In this document: in pieces, positions 61,927 through 64,000 of the stretch
Numbering within the stretch: position 1 is the stretch's first letter
How the letters are laid out: every line of letters begins with the position of its first letter
Source: an uncultured Chthonomonadaceae bacterium
GTDB taxonomy: Bacteria > Armatimonadota > Chthonomonadetes > Chthonomonadales > Chthonomonadaceae
Direction of reading: 5' to 3'
DNA length: 64,000 bases
NCBI GenBank assembly: GCA_963835065.1
Contig: CAWIEK010000011.1
Coordinates: 105,145 to 169,144, forward strand
Position numbers and translations under genes: made by a program
Notes under the pieces: generated by a model
Database searches by the model: none
What the model saw: the letters and a program-made list of their open reading frames with translations, nothing else
What the model was told of the DNA's origin: nothing

Positions 61927-62151
61927 CGCTTTCGCTTCAAAGCAGAATAATTGTGCTATAACGAATTCTGCTTTGAGGGATTGTGCTTGGATACCGGGCG
62001 CTTGTGATACAATGATAGAACCTAATCAATAACATAGCGCAGGGAACCTGCTTCCGAGGAACTCTGACGGGCGTATGGAGACCCATACGTCCAAAAGAAA
62101 AACTCCTGGGTAAAACTGCCGGACAATGGCAGCGACGTAAGTGGCATCATC

Positions 62152-62469
62152 ATGGCCGAGAAGCGTATGCACTGCTGGAATTGCCCGCGTTACAGCCGAA
62201 CGGAACGCTCGTGCGCAGACGGCAAAGCCAACCCCAAAAAGAAAGCCGACAGCGTGACCGTTGCGGAAGTGCTGGGCTTGCGCGCCCTGTGCCACTACAA
62301 CCCGTACCGCGACGCTCTGGCCGCGCGCATGTATTTCCCGCATACCCGGCTGGGCATCCACTCCGTCCCGCCACGCCGCCCGCGCCGGGGCAAGTACGGC
62401 GACCTGACGCTGCCGGAGCCGCAAGAGCAGGGGACAGGGGACAGGGAACAGGGAACAGAAGAGATATAA
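62152..62469 (+). CDS. Small Cys-rich hypothetical protein
   Basis: CWNC..Y...C.DGKANP...LC.YNPYR; C-terminus encoded by a heptamer repeat. Confidence 0.6.
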   Translation: MAEKRMHCWNCPRYSRTERSCADGKANPKKKADSVTVAEVLGLRALCHYNPYRDALAARMYFPHTRLGIHSVPPRRPRRGKYGDLTLPEPQEQGTGDREQGTEEI

Positions 62470-62533
62470 GAGACAAGGCATAAGATATAAGTTAGTATCA
62501 TGCAAGGTATGTTAGAGAAGGAACAGGGAATTC

Positions 62534-63994
62534 GTGACGAGCGCTTTGTCAGCCATATTCGTGTACAACAAGTTGTGTCCGCAGGACACTCGGCGGAACG
62601 CCATACAACGAAGGAGTTTACTCCGTCGCCACAGGTCCCAACCGCGCTTTCTTTGCGCGCTGTTCATGGTTTGTTTTTTGTTTTTGTTGGCAATTGAGCC
62701 GCGTCATGCTTGCGCCGGTGCGCGGGAAGCGCAGGCGAAACTGTATGTGACGCGCGTGCCCACGCCGCAGGAAGTCGAGGCGCGTAATTCTCATGCGCTT
62801 CACGAACCCGCTTTGGGCTGTTATTTGGGCGCGTTCATTGATTTCGATCCCAGTTTGAAGCGCCCGGTTATCATTGATAAATCGTGGCCGCACCAGGACC
62901 CCGCCGGGTTCGAGCAGATTGTGCAGAAATCCCATGCCGTCTACTTTTTCTACATGGGCTATGGGCGTCCGCTGCCGCTGGAATGGGTGCGCTGGCTCGG
63001 CGCGCATGGTAAGTACGTGCATATCGCGCTGGAGCCGAACAGCGGGTTGGACAAGGTTCAGGACGATGCTTATCTGCGCAAGCTGGCGGACGATATGAAG
63101 CGTTCGGGGGCTAAAATCTTTCTGCGCTACGCTTCGGAAATGAACGGCGAATGGGTCAACTATCATTTTCATCCTGAAGAATACCGGCGCAAGTTCAAGT
63201 TGGTGCATGATGTGATGCACAGCCGCGCCCCCAATGTGGCTCTTGTCTGGTGTCCCTACATGACGCCGGAAGTGGACATTGCCAAATACTGGCCGGGCGA
63301 CGATGCCGTAGATTGGGTGGGAGTCAATATGTACAGCGTGACGTACCACAACAACACGCTGAACGAGCCTGCCGAATCCGAGCATCCGAGCGATTTTGTC
63401 AATTACGTGTATACGCATTACACCCGCCACAAGCCGATGATGATTTGCGAGTTTGCCGCCACGCACTATGCCGCCTGCGAGGACAAAGTTCGCGCGGATT
63501 TCGCGGCCCGCAAAATTTCTACCCTGTATGCCGCCCTGCCCCGCCTGTATCCCCGCGTCAAGTGCATCAACTACTTCGACAGCAACAACATGAAGTACAC
63601 CAAAGCCGCGAACAACAACTATTCCGTGACCAATGACCCAACCGTGCTTGGCATTTATCGCAATGCCGTTCGCGCTCCCTATTTTCTGGACAGGCTCCTG
63701 CCGCCAAACGCGCCCCAGCCCTCCTTTGCCGTTCCCATGCCCATGCGACAGGGCGAACCGCTTCGAGGACAGGTGGAGTTGTCGTGCTTTGCCCGCGCCC
63801 CCGGTGACGAAGTGACAATCCGCTACAAGGTGGATAATTACGTCATTTATACCGCCAATAACCCCGACCAATGGGCCTGCCACTGGAACGCCGGCAGCGT
63901 CAAGCCGGGATCGCACAAACTCACGCTGGAAGTATTCAACGCGCAGGGCAAACTCGCCGCGTCCCAAACCATTTCTATTGTCACCAGGCCGTGA
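62534..63994 (+). CDS. Glycoside hydrolase family 26-like protein with a C-terminal Ig-like domain
   Basis: FLRYASEMNGEW, VWCP, YWPGDD.VDWVGVN.Y, KPMMICEF; start uncertain. Confidence 0.88.
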   Translation: MTSALSAIFVYNKLCPQDTRRNAIQRRSLLRRHRSQPRFLCALFMVCFLFLLAIEPRHACAGAREAQAKLYVTRVPTPQEVEARNSHALHEPALGCYLGAFIDFDPSLKRPVIIDKSWPHQDPAGFEQIVQKSHAVYFFYMGYGRPLPLEWVRWLGAHGKYVHIALEPNSGLDKVQDDAYLRKLADDMKRSGAKIFLRYASEMNGEWVNYHFHPEEYRRKFKLVHDVMHSRAPNVALVWCPYMTPEVDIAKYWPGDDAVDWVGVNMYSVTYHNNTLNEPAESEHPSDFVNYVYTHYTRHKPMMICEFAATHYAACEDKVRADFAARKISTLYAALPRLYPRVKCINYFDSNNMKYTKAANNNYSVTNDPTVLGIYRNAVRAPYFLDRLLPPNAPQPSFAVPMPMRQGEPLRGQVELSCFARAPGDEVTIRYKVDNYVIYTANNPDQWACHWNAGSVKPGSHKLTLEVFNAQGKLAASQTISIVTRP

Positions 63995-64000
63995 GGGTGC

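Noticed and set aside
62060..62100. Hammerhead ribozyme (CTGA...stem...AAA)
   Set aside because: The core reads CTGACGG and CAAAA rather than CUGANGA and GAAA, and no matching stems I/III are evident.

Overview
A ~58% GC bacterial chromosomal segment, probably Armatimonadota (inferred from the DUF1559 prepilin-like gene, the HEAT/'LLRA'-tail membrane protein and overall gene content). Housekeeping content: CIRCE-controlled groES-groEL, rluD, a tRNA-Arg/Arg/Ser operon and the ffh-rpsP-khpA-rimM-trmD-rplS-lepB-rnhB-yraN cluster. Main accessory observations: (1) a diversity-generating retroelement (DGR) remnant, in which an adenylate/guanylate cyclase is fused to an FGE-sulfatase/CLec domain ending in a variable-region-like tract, followed by a hairpin and an unannotated truncated avd, with no TR or RT in the window; (2) a T-box with an apparent Met (AUG) specifier upstream of a threonine-synthase-like enzyme, a MoaD-like sulfur carrier and a double-NIL protein, suggesting sulfur-carrier-dependent homocysteine synthesis; (3) an ECF sigma / soluble zinc anti-sigma / TPR-CHAT protease / subtilase cluster; (4) many palindromic elements with tandem-heptamer arms, five of them sharing a homologous ~56-nt core, found at gene junctions, inside the T-box and in frame inside proteins. 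About nine single frameshifts, including in ffh, rplS and rpsP, look like sequencing or assembly indels rather than pseudogenes. All calls are by eye from motifs; no searches were run.
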